From: an uncultured delta proteobacterium
GTDB lineage: Bacteria > Desulfobacterota > Binatia > UBA9968
Reading direction: 5' to 3'
Assembly (NCBI GenBank): GCA_963727625.1
Contig: CAVSHR010000009.1
Coordinates: forward strand, 32,001 to 96,000
Length of the DNA: 64,000 nt
Shown: positions 1-9,871 of the stretch, in pieces
Position numbering within the stretch: position 1 is the stretch's first letter
Layout of the letters: each line of letters starts with the position of its first letter
Made by a program: the position numbers and the translations under genes
Notes under the pieces: generated by a model
The model's input: the letters and a program-made list of their open reading frames with translations, nothing else
The model's database searches: none
Told to the model about the DNA's origin: nothing

Positions 1-1635
1 CACGACCTTGCCGCCGCGCGACTCGACTTCCTTTAAGTTGCTCAAGGTTTTCTCAAAGTAACGATCCCGCGGTGCCAGCACGATCACCGGCATTTTCTCG
101 TCGATCAAGGCGATCGGTCCGTGCTTCATCTCCCCGGCGGGATAACCCTCGGCGTGGATGTAGGAGATCTCCTTGAGCTTGAGCGCGCCTTCGAGCGCAA
201 TCGGATAATTGATGCCGCGGCCGAGGTAAAGAAAATCCTGGCTGTGCATGAGTTCGCGCGCCAGCTCTTTGATCTGATCTTCGATCTCCAAAGCTTTTTC
301 GACCCAGCTCGGCAAATACATGAGATCGCGCAGCAGCTTTCTCGCCTCGGTGGCTTTGAGCTTGCCGTTGAGCCGGCCCAACGCCACCGCGAGCAAATAG
401 ATCGCGGTCAACTGTGTGGTGAACGCTTTGGTGCTCGCCACGCTGATCTCGGGACCGGCGTGGGTGTAAAGCACACCGTCGGACTTGCGCGGGATCGACG
501 CGTCGATGACATTGCAGATGGAAAGAACTCGGGCTTTTTTGGCCCGCGCAACTTCGGTGGCCGCCAAGGTGTCGGCGGTCTCGCCGGACTGGCTCACCAT
601 CAACAACACCGACTTGGGGTCCATCAGCGGCGAGCGGTAGCGAAACTCCGAGCCGTAGTCGACTTCGGCAGGAATGCCGGCGATCTCCTCGAGCATGAAC
701 TTGCCGACCAAACAAGCATGCCAGGCGGTGCCGCAGGCGACCAGATGAAAGCGTTTGATCTGTTTGACTGTGCTTGCCGTCAACTTGATATCTTCCAGCG
801 CTACATCGCCGGTTTTGAGCGAGATCCGGCCGCGAAAGGTATCGGCCAACGCCCGCGGTTGATCGTGAATCTCCTTCAGCATGAAGTGGGCGTAGCCGTC
901 CTTGCGCGCCGCCACCGCATCCCAGGTGACTTCTTTCACCGGGCGGTTGACGGTTTTGCCCCTGCCGTCAAGCAAACGATAGGAGCCGACGGTAACTTCG
1001 CCGATTTCGCCGTCCTCGAGAAAAGTCACTTTGCGCGTGTAATCCAACAACGCCGGAATATCGGAAGCAATGAACGTCTCCCCTTCGCCCCAGCCTATGA
1101 CGATCGGCGTGGAATTCTTGGCGACGATCAGACGTGTAGGGTCGCGGCGATTGAGAAACAGCAGCGCGTAGGAGCCGTGGATTTCGCGCAGCGTGCGCCG
1201 CACCGCATCGAGAAAATCCAAGCCGCGCTCGATTTTTTCTGCGACCAGATGGGCGACGATTTCCGAGTCGGTCTCCGAGCTGAATTGCACGCCGTGCTTG
1301 CTCAGCTGCTCTTTGAGCTCGAGATAATTTTCGATGATGCCGTTGTGCACCACGACGATGTCGCCGGCGCGGTGCGGGTGGGCGTTGGTTTCCGACGGCC
1401 TCCCGTGGGTCGCCCAACGCGTGTGGCCGATGCCGACCACCCCGGCCATCGGTTGGCGTTGCAGCAGGGCTTCGAGATTGCCCAACTTGCCTTCGCAGCG
1501 CCGAATCGCCACTTCGCCGTCTTGCAGCACCGCGATACCGGCGGAATCGTAACCGCGATATTCGAGCTTTCTCAAGCTTTCCAGTATCAGCGGCGCCGCT
1601 TGCCGATGACCGATATATCCGACGATACCACACAT
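1..1635 (-). CDS. glmS: Glutamine--fructose-6-phosphate aminotransferase (3' end runs off the window)
   Basis: Not in the ORF track. Read by hand: ATG at 1635-1633 gives MCGIVGYIG, the N-terminal Ntn-amidotransferase signature, followed by GIGHTRWATHG. Its start overlaps the glmU stop (TAATG). Confidence 0.95.
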   Translation of the reverse strand, partial: MCGIVGYIGHRQAAPLILESLRKLEYRGYDSAGIAVLQDGEVAIRRCEGKLGNLEALLQRQPMAGVVGIGHTRWATHGRPSETNAHPHRAGDIVVVHNGIIENYLELKEQLSKHGVQFSSETDSEIVAHLVAEKIERGLDFLDAVRRTLREIHGSYALLFLNRRDPTRLIVAKNSTPIVIGWGEGETFIASDIPALLDYTRKVTFLEDGEIGEVTVGSYRLLDGRGKTVNRPVKEVTWDAVAARKDGYAHFMLKEIHDQPRALADTFRGRISLKTGDVALEDIKLTASTVKQIKRFHLVACGTAWHACLVGKFMLEEIAGIPAEVDYGSEFRYRSPLMDPKSVLLMVSQSGETADTLAATEVARAKKARVLSICNVIDASIPRKSDGVLYTHAGPEISVASTKAFTTQLTAIYLLAVALGRLNGKLKATEARKLLRDLMYLPSWVEKALEIEDQIKELARELMHSQDFLYLGRGINYPIALEGALKLKEISYIHAEGYPAGEMKHGPIALIDEKMPVIVLAPRDRYFEKTLSNLKEVESRGGKVV

Positions 1636-3029
1636 TACTTTTTGTTTCTTTTCATCTTTTCGCGTTTCAGTTCAGTCCAGCCTTCGCGTAGTTGTTCTTC
1701 CCGCTGATTGAAGACCAACGCACCCGCGGGTACGTCGTGGCGCACGGTGCTCGCCGTGGCGACGTAAACATCGTCGCCCAGCGAGACCGGCGCCACCAAC
1801 GTGGTATCGCTGCCCACTTGCACGCGATCGCCGATTTTCGTTTGGTATTTATGGAAGCCGTCATAATTGCACGTGATCGTGCCGGCACCGATATTGGTGT
1901 CGCGGCCGATGGTGACGTCGCCCAGATAAGTCAGATGATTAGCTTTGGTGCCTTCGCCCACATGGGCGGCTTTCGCTTCGACGAAGTTGCCGATATGCAC
2001 ATTACGCCCCAAATGGGTTCCCGGGCGTAGATGAGCAAAGGGTCCGACGATGGCTCCGTGATCGATCCGACTGCCCGTCATGACGACGGAGAATTTCAAC
2101 TGCACTTCATCACCAATCTCCATATCTGTAAGATAAGCGCTGCCGTCAATCTGGCAGCGTTCGCCGACGACGGTCTTGCCCTTGAGGTGGGTGTTGGGAC
2201 CGATCACCGTATCTTTGCCGATGGTCACGCCCGCTTCGATGTAAGTGGTGTCCGGGTCCTCGAGCGTAACCCCGGAGAGCATCCATTTCTGGTTGATGCT
2301 GTCACGCAAATTTTTTTCCATCACGGCGAGCTCCTCTCGGCTGTTGATCCCCATCATCTCGCGGGAATTATCGACTTTTAGCGTTTCAATAGTTTGTTTC
2401 TCAGTAAGACCGATAGTGACAATGTCAGGCAGATAGTATTCGCCCTGTTGGTTTTCGTTCTTGACGGTTTTCAACGCGGCAAACAGAAACGGCGCCGATG
2501 CAACGTAAACGCCGGCGTTCACCTCGTGGATTGTCCGCTGCGACTTGGTGGTGTCTTTTTCCTCGACGATGCCCGTGATCGCGCCACCGCTGTCTCGTAA
2601 AATACGACCGTAACCCTTGGGCATTTCCAATTGAGCCGTGAGCAAGGTCAAAGCGGCGCTCCGGCTGCGATGGCGCTCGATGAGCCCGCGCAAGGTCTGC
2701 TCCCGAATCAACGGCACGTCGCCGCTCAAGATCAACACGTCGCCGGAAAAGTCTTTGAAGACCGGCTCCGCGCATAACACGGCATGACCGGTGCCGAGCT
2801 GTTGATTTTGAATTACCCAGTTGACCTGCGAGTCCGTGCAGGCTCGCCGAACCGCCTCGGCGCCATGGCCGACCACGACTGCCGTAATCTTGGGATCGAG
2901 CCGACGCGCGGTTCCCAAGGCATGCAGAAACAACGCCTTTCCGCCGACCGGGTGCAGCACCTTCGGCAGCTCCGACTTCATCCGGGTACCCTGCCCGGCA
3001 GCCAATAAAATGACGCTCAGTTCAACCAT
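1635..3029 (-). CDS. glmU: Bifunctional UDP-GlcNAc pyrophosphorylase / glucosamine-1-P acetyltransferase
   Basis: LAAGQGTRMKS..PKVLH motif, hexapeptide repeats, HLTYLGD and GAGTITCNYDG. Start placed at MVELS. Confidence 0.96.
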   Translation of the reverse strand: MVELSVILLAAGQGTRMKSELPKVLHPVGGKALFLHALGTARRLDPKITAVVVGHGAEAVRRACTDSQVNWVIQNQQLGTGHAVLCAEPVFKDFSGDVLILSGDVPLIREQTLRGLIERHRSRSAALTLLTAQLEMPKGYGRILRDSGGAITGIVEEKDTTKSQRTIHEVNAGVYVASAPFLFAALKTVKNENQQGEYYLPDIVTIGLTEKQTIETLKVDNSREMMGINSREELAVMEKNLRDSINQKWMLSGVTLEDPDTTYIEAGVTIGKDTVIGPNTHLKGKTVVGERCQIDGSAYLTDMEIGDEVQLKFSVVMTGSRIDHGAIVGPFAHLRPGTHLGRNVHIGNFVEAKAAHVGEGTKANHLTYLGDVTIGRDTNIGAGTITCNYDGFHKYQTKIGDRVQVGSDTTLVAPVSLGDDVYVATASTVRHDVPAGALVFNQREEQLREGWTELKREKMKRNKK

Positions 3030-3303
3030 ATTTTTCGTCCGAGACTCGAAAATAAGAATTATAATCCAACTCGGCATGCAATCAATCAGAACTTGCGCGG
3101 GCGCGGGAACAGCGGGGAGACCATGCCGCAGACGTCTCTAGACTAGCCTTCAGTATATTCCTTTTGGCGAGAAAATCCTTGTCAGGCGATGAGAATTCGA
3201 CTACAAAAAGCTCATCCGGCAAAATAAATGGCCATAATCTTGCCACGCTGCAGCGAGCGCGACCATCGGCGTGTTAGGATTAACAATTTCGGAGGATTAT
3301 CCG

Positions 3304-3468
3304 GTGAATCGTTCGGAATCAACGTCGCCTGCTGAGACCGAGTCGCAGGAAAATTGGTGGGACTATTGCCCGATTTGCAACGCCAAGCTGTTCAATCAGA
3401 AATGCAAATATGTCTGCTCCAATCCGAAGTGTAACTTTTTCATGAGCTGCAGCGAATTCGATCTTTAA
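3304..3468 (+). CDS. Small Cys-rich zinc-finger-like protein (54 aa)
   Basis: GTG at 3304 after GGAGGA. Pattern CPIC-x7-KCKYVC-x4-C-x4-SCSEF. Confidence 0.7.
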   Translation: MNRSESTSPAETESQENWWDYCPICNAKLFNQKCKYVCSNPKCNFFMSCSEFDL

Positions 3469-3527
3469 GCGCCAGCCAAGCGTCGGGCGCTGGCCAACGC
3501 GCTTGGGGTGCGCTAAGAGATAAAAGC

Positions 3528-4256
3528 ATGTCGAAAACCGCGGGCATCGTCATCATCGGCAACGAAGTTTTGTCGGGGAAAACCCAAGACATCAACTCGC
3601 ATTTTTTCTGCACCGAGCTGCGCCGCCTCGGCGTCGAAGTGCAAAAGATCTCGACGATCCAGGACGAGATCGAGTTGATCGGCCAGGAGGTCGCGGCTTT
3701 TTCCAAACGTTTCGATTATGTCTTTACTTCCGGCGGCGTCGGCCCCACCCACGACGACGTCACCATCGACGGTATCGCCCATGGCTTCGGTCTCAACGTC
3801 GTGCGCCATCCGGACATCGAACAGCGCATGCGCCGGCGGCTCGGCGATCAGGTCAACGAAGCGCGCCTGCGCATGGCCAACGTTCCCGAAGGGGCCATGC
3901 TGCTTGCCACCGAAGCGCGGTTCGCGCCGATCGTCAAAATTCACAACGTCTATATTTTCCCGGGCATCCCGAAAATTCTCCAGGAGCGCTTTCATGCGAT
4001 CAAGGAGCGCTTCCGCGACGCGCCGTACTATTTGAAGAACGTCTACGTTAAATATGGCGAAGGCATTATCGCCGACATGCTGAACAGCCTGTTGGTGAAA
4101 TTTCCCCAACTCATGCTCGGCTCCTATCCGGTCCTCGACCTGCCGGATTACAAGGTCAAGGTCACGCTGGAGTCGAAGGACCCCAACTACCTCGAGCAGG
4201 CGCTGCAAACTTTCGTCGCCTCCCTTCCCGGAGATGCGGTGCAACGGATCGATTAA
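3528..4256 (+). CDS. Molybdopterin-binding/CinA N-terminal-like domain protein
   Basis: IIGNEVLSGKTQDIN and TSGGVGPTHDDVT motifs. No C-terminal PncC domain. Confidence 0.85.
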   Translation: MSKTAGIVIIGNEVLSGKTQDINSHFFCTELRRLGVEVQKISTIQDEIELIGQEVAAFSKRFDYVFTSGGVGPTHDDVTIDGIAHGFGLNVVRHPDIEQRMRRRLGDQVNEARLRMANVPEGAMLLATEARFAPIVKIHNVYIFPGIPKILQERFHAIKERFRDAPYYLKNVYVKYGEGIIADMLNSLLVKFPQLMLGSYPVLDLPDYKVKVTLESKDPNYLEQALQTFVASLPGDAVQRID

Positions 4257-4266
4257 TCGATAGCTC

Positions 4267-5706
4267 ATGGCGGATCATTCATCCTGGGGAGTCTTGCCGC
4301 CTTACCAAAAGGCGCCGCTGCCGCCGCTGCCGAACATGCTGCGCGCCCTCGGTCCGGGCGTCATCTTCATGGCGTTGGCGCAGGGCAGCGGCGAGCTTAT
4401 CTGGTGGCCTTATATTATTGCCAAATACGGTCTGAGTTTTTTGTTTTTGTTGCTGCCCGCTTGCTTGTTGCAATTTCCTGTCACCTACGAGATCGGCCGC
4501 TACACCCTGCTGACCGGTGAAAGCATTTTTCAGGGCTTTATTCGTTTGCAACGCCACTTCGCGTTTTTTCTCTGGATCTTGATGACGCTGTCGTTTCTTT
4601 GGTTCGGCGCCTTCGCCGCTGCCGGCGGCACTTCGCTGGCAGCACTGACCGATTTCCCCACCGGTTGGAGCGCGCGCGGCCAAACGCTTTTCTGGGGCTA
4701 CGCCTCCATGCTGGTTTTTCTCGCCGCCATTCTGCTCAGCAAAGTGATCTACCAGATGGTCGAGCTTTTTATGTGGAGCGTGGCCCTGCTGACCCTCGTC
4801 GGGCTTACCTGGGCGAGCGCCAACGCCGAGGCGCTGCAAGCCCTGCCGGCATTCGTCAAAGGCCTTTTCGTGCCCGATCTGTCGATGCCGCGCCCCTGGG
4901 ATCCGGCCGACGCAACCAAATTGCTGACCGCGATCACCTTTGCCGGGCTGGGCGGCTTCTGGACGCTTTTTTACTCCTATTGGGTGCGCGACAAGGGCTG
5001 CGGCATGGCCCACTACATGGGTCGGATGACCGGACCGGTTACGGGTAAAGCCGAAGTGATTCCAGCGTCGGGTTTTTTGCCGGGCAATGACGAGGGCTTG
5101 GCCCATGTGCCGCGATGGCGCCGTTACTTATTCTGGGATGTCAGCATCGGCATCGGCGGCAATTTGCTCACCACGCTGATGACCTGTCTGCTCGCCTACG
5201 CGTTACTCTTCCCCAAGGGACTGCTGCCGGAAGGCTACGAGCTTGCCGTGGTGCAAAGCCGCTTCTTTGAAGTGAGCTGGGGCATTGTCGGCAGGTTCCT
5301 GTTCCTTATCGTGGCCGCCGCCTTTCTCTCAGACACCTGGCTTGCCACGGTGGATGCCGTCAGCCGGATTCACACCGACTGCCTGTTCGGCTTTTTTCCC
5401 AAAACCCAATCGATTTCGGTGCGGACTTGGTATTTGATCTTACTATTTTTGCTCACCGCCATCACCGCCGCGACCATGGGCGCCGCGGCACCGGGGCCGC
5501 TGATTTTGCTTTCCGCCGTGATCGGCTTTGTCGGCACGGTGCTCTTTTCTGTAGCGTTGATTTTTCTCAACCATGTCTATCTGCCGCGCCGGCTGCCGGC
5601 CGCAGCTCGGCCCGGCAAGCTCAACCTATGCTGTCTGATCGTCTCCTGCGTGGCGTATTTCGCTCTGGCGGTGATGTACTTGCTGACCGTCATTGGCGCG
5701 ATCTAG
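4267..5706 (+). CDS. Nramp-related membrane transporter
   Basis: About 11 hydrophobic segments; GPGVIFMALAQGSGELIWWP and EIGRYTLLTGES motifs. Confidence 0.7.
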   Translation: MADHSSWGVLPPYQKAPLPPLPNMLRALGPGVIFMALAQGSGELIWWPYIIAKYGLSFLFLLLPACLLQFPVTYEIGRYTLLTGESIFQGFIRLQRHFAFFLWILMTLSFLWFGAFAAAGGTSLAALTDFPTGWSARGQTLFWGYASMLVFLAAILLSKVIYQMVELFMWSVALLTLVGLTWASANAEALQALPAFVKGLFVPDLSMPRPWDPADATKLLTAITFAGLGGFWTLFYSYWVRDKGCGMAHYMGRMTGPVTGKAEVIPASGFLPGNDEGLAHVPRWRRYLFWDVSIGIGGNLLTTLMTCLLAYALLFPKGLLPEGYELAVVQSRFFEVSWGIVGRFLFLIVAAAFLSDTWLATVDAVSRIHTDCLFGFFPKTQSISVRTWYLILLFLLTAITAATMGAAAPGPLILLSAVIGFVGTVLFSVALIFLNHVYLPRRLPAAARPGKLNLCCLIVSCVAYFALAVMYLLTVIGAI

Positions 5707-5799
5707 TCCGAGCGAGCGAGAAATCCCAAGACATCCACCGCGATGGATTTGATAGCTTCAAGTTGTTAGCCTAGACGAAATTTTTCTAAAGACGCTTTT

Positions 5800-6450
5800 G
5801 TGACCGATATTCTCAACTGGATCATGGAATCCATCCGCGCCTACGGGCCGTGGAGCGTGTTCGTGGGCGTGATCATCGAGTCGGTGATCGTACCGATCCC
5901 TTCGCCCCTGATCATCATGGGCGCCGGCTTCGTGCTGATCAGCGCCGAGTTGTCGTTCTTTCAAGCGTTCTTGCCGATCATTTCGCAGATCGTATTGCCG
6001 GGCTCCGTCGCTTCCACACTCGGCGCCTATATCGGCTATGGCATCGGCTATTTCGGCGGCAAGCCGATGGTCGATCGCTGGCAAAGATTTTTGGGATTTA
6101 CCTGGAACGATGTCGCCGCCATGGAACACCGTTTTCACAGCGGCCAGGTCAATACTTCGATATTTTTTCTCCGCGCCTTGCCGATCTTTCCGCTGTCGGT
6201 GATCTCCGCGGCGGCGGGATTGCTGCGCTTGCCGATCCGGCAGTTTAGCCTCTGGACTTTTTACGGGACGATCCCGCGCTGTCTATTTCTCGGCTATCTC
6301 GGTTGGGGATTGGGCGAAACTTATCAGGGCATCGCCAATGGCATCGATCGGGCGGAAGGCATCGTCTCCGGAATTTTGATCCTGGCGATCATCGCTGCGA
6401 TCATCTGGCTGCGCGCGCGCGTGCGCGGCAAGATTTTGGATAACGGTTAG
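5800..6450 (+). CDS. DedA family membrane protein
   Basis: IESVIVPIPS, GYFGGKP and RALPIFP motifs. Confidence 0.85.
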   Translation: MTDILNWIMESIRAYGPWSVFVGVIIESVIVPIPSPLIIMGAGFVLISAELSFFQAFLPIISQIVLPGSVASTLGAYIGYGIGYFGGKPMVDRWQRFLGFTWNDVAAMEHRFHSGQVNTSIFFLRALPIFPLSVISAAAGLLRLPIRQFSLWTFYGTIPRCLFLGYLGWGLGETYQGIANGIDRAEGIVSGILILAIIAAIIWLRARVRGKILDNG

Positions 6451-7157
6451 AAAAATCCCAGCGCCGAGCTGATCTCCCAACCCAAGATCAGGCCGAACAC
6501 GATGCTCGCCACGCCGGCCACGACACGAATCGAGCGGTTCATCGCGGAGAACCGTTGCGCGGTCAGAACGAACGGCAAGCTGATAATGCCGCTCAGCAAG
6601 AGCATCCCGCCCACTGAGCCCAGGCCGAAGATAACGATGTAGAGCAGGCCGCCGAGCGCCGAATCGATGGTCGAGAGCACCAGCAGCATGAGCGCCGCGC
6701 TGCCGGCAAGACCGTGCACCATGCCGACGATGAACGGCCGGCGCATTGCCGCGAATCGGTGGCTATGCGCGTGATCCTGTTTGGGATTTTCATGGACGTG
6801 AATATGCGTGTGGGTTTCCGGATTATGGCTATGGGTATGCAAATGAACCCGCTCGGCACCGAACGTCTTGCGCAGCACGTTCGAACCGAGAATAATCAGC
6901 ATCGCTGCTACCAGCAACTCGAGGCTGGAACCGAGGCGCGGTGGAATCGTCAAACGCAAACCGATGACCAGCACACCGACAATGAACAGCGTCGTGGTGT
7001 GTCCCAAGCCCCAAAATGCACCGATCAACGAAGCCCATTTAAAACTGCGGTGTTCGCTGACGATAGTCGATACAGCGATGAGATGGTCGGGATCGAGAGC
7101 GTGTTGAATCCCTAGCACCAGACCCAGGCCAAAAGCCGCAAGCAGTGATGACTCCAT
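6447..7157 (-). CDS. Ni/Co transporter-like membrane protein (UreH/HoxN-type)
   Basis: HALDPDH, WGLGH, a His-rich loop (HLHTHSH..HTHIHVH) and GMVHGLAGS. Start uncertain (7157 or 7172). Confidence 0.8.
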   Translation of the reverse strand: MESSLLAAFGLGLVLGIQHALDPDHLIAVSTIVSEHRSFKWASLIGAFWGLGHTTTLFIVGVLVIGLRLTIPPRLGSSLELLVAAMLIILGSNVLRKTFGAERVHLHTHSHNPETHTHIHVHENPKQDHAHSHRFAAMRRPFIVGMVHGLAGSAALMLLVLSTIDSALGGLLYIVIFGLGSVGGMLLLSGIISLPFVLTAQRFSAMNRSIRVVAGVASIVFGLILGWEISSALGFF

Positions 7158-7312
7158 GGTTTGCTCAAACAACTTCCTTGATCGGACATTTCATTTTAGA
7201 ACCCGATAAAAATAAACACAGCTTTGGCGCGCGAATCCGAAGCGACGCGAGAAGACATGATTACACTATTTTGGATCAAGACGTTCTAGCGCAGCGCACG
7301 TGGCGGGTGCGG

Positions 7313-7744
7313 TCAGCGGTCCGGTAACGGTTGGCCACTCTGCGTGCCGATCCACACTTCGCCGCCTTCGAATACCTCTTTTTTCCAGATCGGCACGGTC
7401 TTTTTAATCTCTTCGATAGCGAAGCGGCTGGCGGCAAAGGCCGCATCCCGATGCGCCGACGAAACCGCGATGATCACGCTCGCTTCGCCGATCTGCACCG
7501 GGCCGAGCCGATGCACGATCGCCATTTTGCAGATCGGCCACCGCTTCGCGGCATCGGCGCCGATGCGCGCCAGCTCTTTCTCGGCCATCTCCGGATAGGC
7601 TTCGTAATCCAAGGCGATGACCTTGCGCCCTTCGTTGTTATTGCGCGTCGTGCCGATGAACGGAACGATGGCGCCGGCTTCCGGGTCGGTGACGTAGCGG
7701 ATCAGCTCGTCTAAATCAATCGGTATATCGGTTACGCGAAACAT
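7313..7744 (-). CDS. moaE: Molybdopterin synthase catalytic subunit
   Basis: YEAYPEMA, HRLG, SAHR and PIWKKE motifs. Confidence 0.93.
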   Translation of the reverse strand: MFRVTDIPIDLDELIRYVTDPEAGAIVPFIGTTRNNNEGRKVIALDYEAYPEMAEKELARIGADAAKRWPICKMAIVHRLGPVQIGEASVIIAVSSAHRDAAFAASRFAIEEIKKTVPIWKKEVFEGGEVWIGTQSGQPLPDR

Positions 7745-7750
7745 CTTCGC

Positions 7751-7996
7751 TCAGCCTCCGCTCACCGGCGGCAGAAAAACTACTTCGTCATTGTCGGCGA
7801 GTTGATGATCCACGCCGACGTAATTCCGATTGACCGCATACAACAAGCGGATTCCCGGCACATCGAGCTTGGGATAATCCTTCTGCAGCTGGTGCCACAG
7901 GTCGGCCACGCTGCTGCCCGGCGCGATCTCCTTCGAAACCTCTGCGACGCCCGCGCGCTCGCGCAAAATCGCGAAAAGTTTTATCCGGACGTTCAT
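7751..7996 (-). CDS. moaD: Molybdopterin synthase sulfur carrier subunit
   Basis: 81 aa ubiquitin-like protein ending PPVSGG; start at MNVRIKLFA. Confidence 0.92.
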   Translation of the reverse strand: MNVRIKLFAILRERAGVAEVSKEIAPGSSVADLWHQLQKDYPKLDVPGIRLLYAVNRNYVGVDHQLADNDEVVFLPPVSGG

Positions 7997-8499
7997 TGCC
8001 CCTGAAGCTGCGAGACCATGTGGCGGATTTCCGGCAGAATCAACTTCTCCATGGCCAGTGTAACGGCGCCCTTGGAACCCGGCAGCGAGATCAATATCTT
8101 GCCACACGCGCTGCCGGCGGCGGCCCGGCTCATGATCGCCGCCGAGCCGATGTCGAGGTAGCTCAAATAGCGAAACACCTCGCCAAAGCCGTCAAGCTTT
8201 TTTTCCAGGAAACGGCAGACCACTTCATAGGTACCGTCCCGCGGCGCGATGCCGGTGCCTCCGTTGACGATTACCGCGTCGACATCGCTCTTGGTAAGCG
8301 CTTCGTTGAGCAGGCTTTCGATTTGTGTCGGTTCGTCCTTGACGATCCGATAGCCCGTCGCCTGATGCCCCTCGCCGGTCAATAATTTTTTAATCGTCTG
8401 CCCGCTCGTGTCCGTGTTTTCGTCGCGCGTGTCGCTGACCGTGACGACGAAGCAGCGAATGCTCTTTTTACCCTTTTCCTTGTGCTCGTGAACCGACAT
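7993..8499 (-). CDS. moaB: Molybdenum cofactor biosynthesis protein MoaB/MogA family
   Basis: VTVSDTR, NGGTGIAPRD, SRAAAG and LPGS motifs. Confidence 0.88.
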   Translation of the reverse strand: MSVHEHKEKGKKSIRCFVVTVSDTRDENTDTSGQTIKKLLTGEGHQATGYRIVKDEPTQIESLLNEALTKSDVDAVIVNGGTGIAPRDGTYEVVCRFLEKKLDGFGEVFRYLSYLDIGSAAIMSRAAAGSACGKILISLPGSKGAVTLAMEKLILPEIRHMVSQLQGQ

Positions 8500-8630
8500 C
8501 GCGCGTCTCCTTGAAATTCTCAGCTCGAATCATAGCAACACCGGGCGCGATTTCAAAGGTTGCCGTAAGCTCAAATCCCAAGCCCGATGCAGTTGTACCC
8601 GCGGTTTCAGCCGAATATGATAAGGACACA

Positions 8631-9788
8631 GTGGCAGCACCCTTTTCGCTTTATATCCACATCCCATACTGTATCAGCAAGTGTCCCTACTGCGACTTCA
8701 ACTCTCATGTCGTCGCCGATATTCCCGAACAAGTCTATACCGACAGCCTTTTAGGAGAACTGGAATTTTATGGCGAGCAGGCGGACTGGCGCGGCCGGCT
8801 CGTGCAAAGCATCTTCTTCGGCGGCGGCACGCCGTCGACGTTCAGGCCGGAAAGCATCGGCAAGCTGCTCGCCCGGGTCGCGGCGACATTTCCGATCAAC
8901 GCCGACTGCGAAATTACATTGGAAGCCAATCCCGGCACCGTCGACAGCGATAAGTTCTTCGGCTACCGCGACGCCGGTGTCAACCGCATCAGCGTGGGCG
9001 TGCAGTCGTTCCAACCGCGGCTCTTGAAATTTCTCGGGCGCGTGCACAGTGCCGACGAGGCCAAGCAGGCGCTGCGAGTGGTCAAGCAAGCCCGTTTTGA
9101 CAATTTTAGTTTCGATCTGATTTATGCCAACCCCGGTCAGACTCTGAAAGAATTGGCAGACGATCTCGACACCGCGCTGGAGTTCAAGCCGCCCCACCTG
9201 TCGGCTTACAATCTAACCTTCGAAGAAGGCACGCCGTTTCATCACGAGTACCGCGCCGGACGGATGAAATCGCTCGGCGAGGAAGAAGAAATCGCCATGG
9301 CGGAGCTGGTCGAGACTAAGCTATCCGCCGCAGGGCTCAAGCGTTACGAAATATCGAACTATGCCCGGCCCCGTTGGCACTCGCGACATAACGTGAATTA
9401 TTGGCGTAGCGGCGACTATCTCGGTCTCGGCGCCGGCGCGCATAGTTACAGCAAGGACCGTGACGTTGTAACGGGCCGGCGCTGGAGCAATGAAAAAAGC
9501 CCCGCCAAATACATGGAGCAAGTCAACCAGCATCGGCACGCCGTGATCGAGCGGGAAAACATCGACAGCGAGAAAGCCGCCGCGGAATTTATGTTCCTCG
9601 GCTTGCGCATAACCGAGGGAATCTCGGTTGAGAAATTTCGCCGGCGCTTCGGCAAGACTCCGGTGGACTTCTACCCGCAGATCGGTTCATGGATTGACGG
9701 TAGAATTTTGAAAGAACAAGCTGGCTTCCTGCATTTTACGCCCCAAGGCCTCATGGTCGCCAACTCTATCTTCGTTCATTTCATGTGA
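8631..9788 (+). CDS. hemW: Radical SAM heme chaperone HemW (HemN-like)
   Basis: LYIHIPYC-x3-C-x2-CDF, GGGTPS, YEISN and HNxxYW motifs. GTG start after AAGGA. Confidence 0.9.
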   Translation: MAAPFSLYIHIPYCISKCPYCDFNSHVVADIPEQVYTDSLLGELEFYGEQADWRGRLVQSIFFGGGTPSTFRPESIGKLLARVAATFPINADCEITLEANPGTVDSDKFFGYRDAGVNRISVGVQSFQPRLLKFLGRVHSADEAKQALRVVKQARFDNFSFDLIYANPGQTLKELADDLDTALEFKPPHLSAYNLTFEEGTPFHHEYRAGRMKSLGEEEEIAMAELVETKLSAAGLKRYEISNYARPRWHSRHNVNYWRSGDYLGLGAGAHSYSKDRDVVTGRRWSNEKSPAKYMEQVNQHRHAVIERENIDSEKAAAEFMFLGLRITEGISVEKFRRRFGKTPVDFYPQIGSWIDGRILKEQAGFLHFTPQGLMVANSIFVHFM

Positions 9789-9871
9789 GCCTTGGGTTGC
9801 AGCAAATCGCCAAATTTTAATCTCTTGTCGCGATCATTCGCACGAGATACCGATCAACCGTGGAGGAGATT

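Noticed and set aside
121-1707. 528-aa plus-strand ORF
   Set aside because: Antisense shadow of glmS; no motifs of its own.
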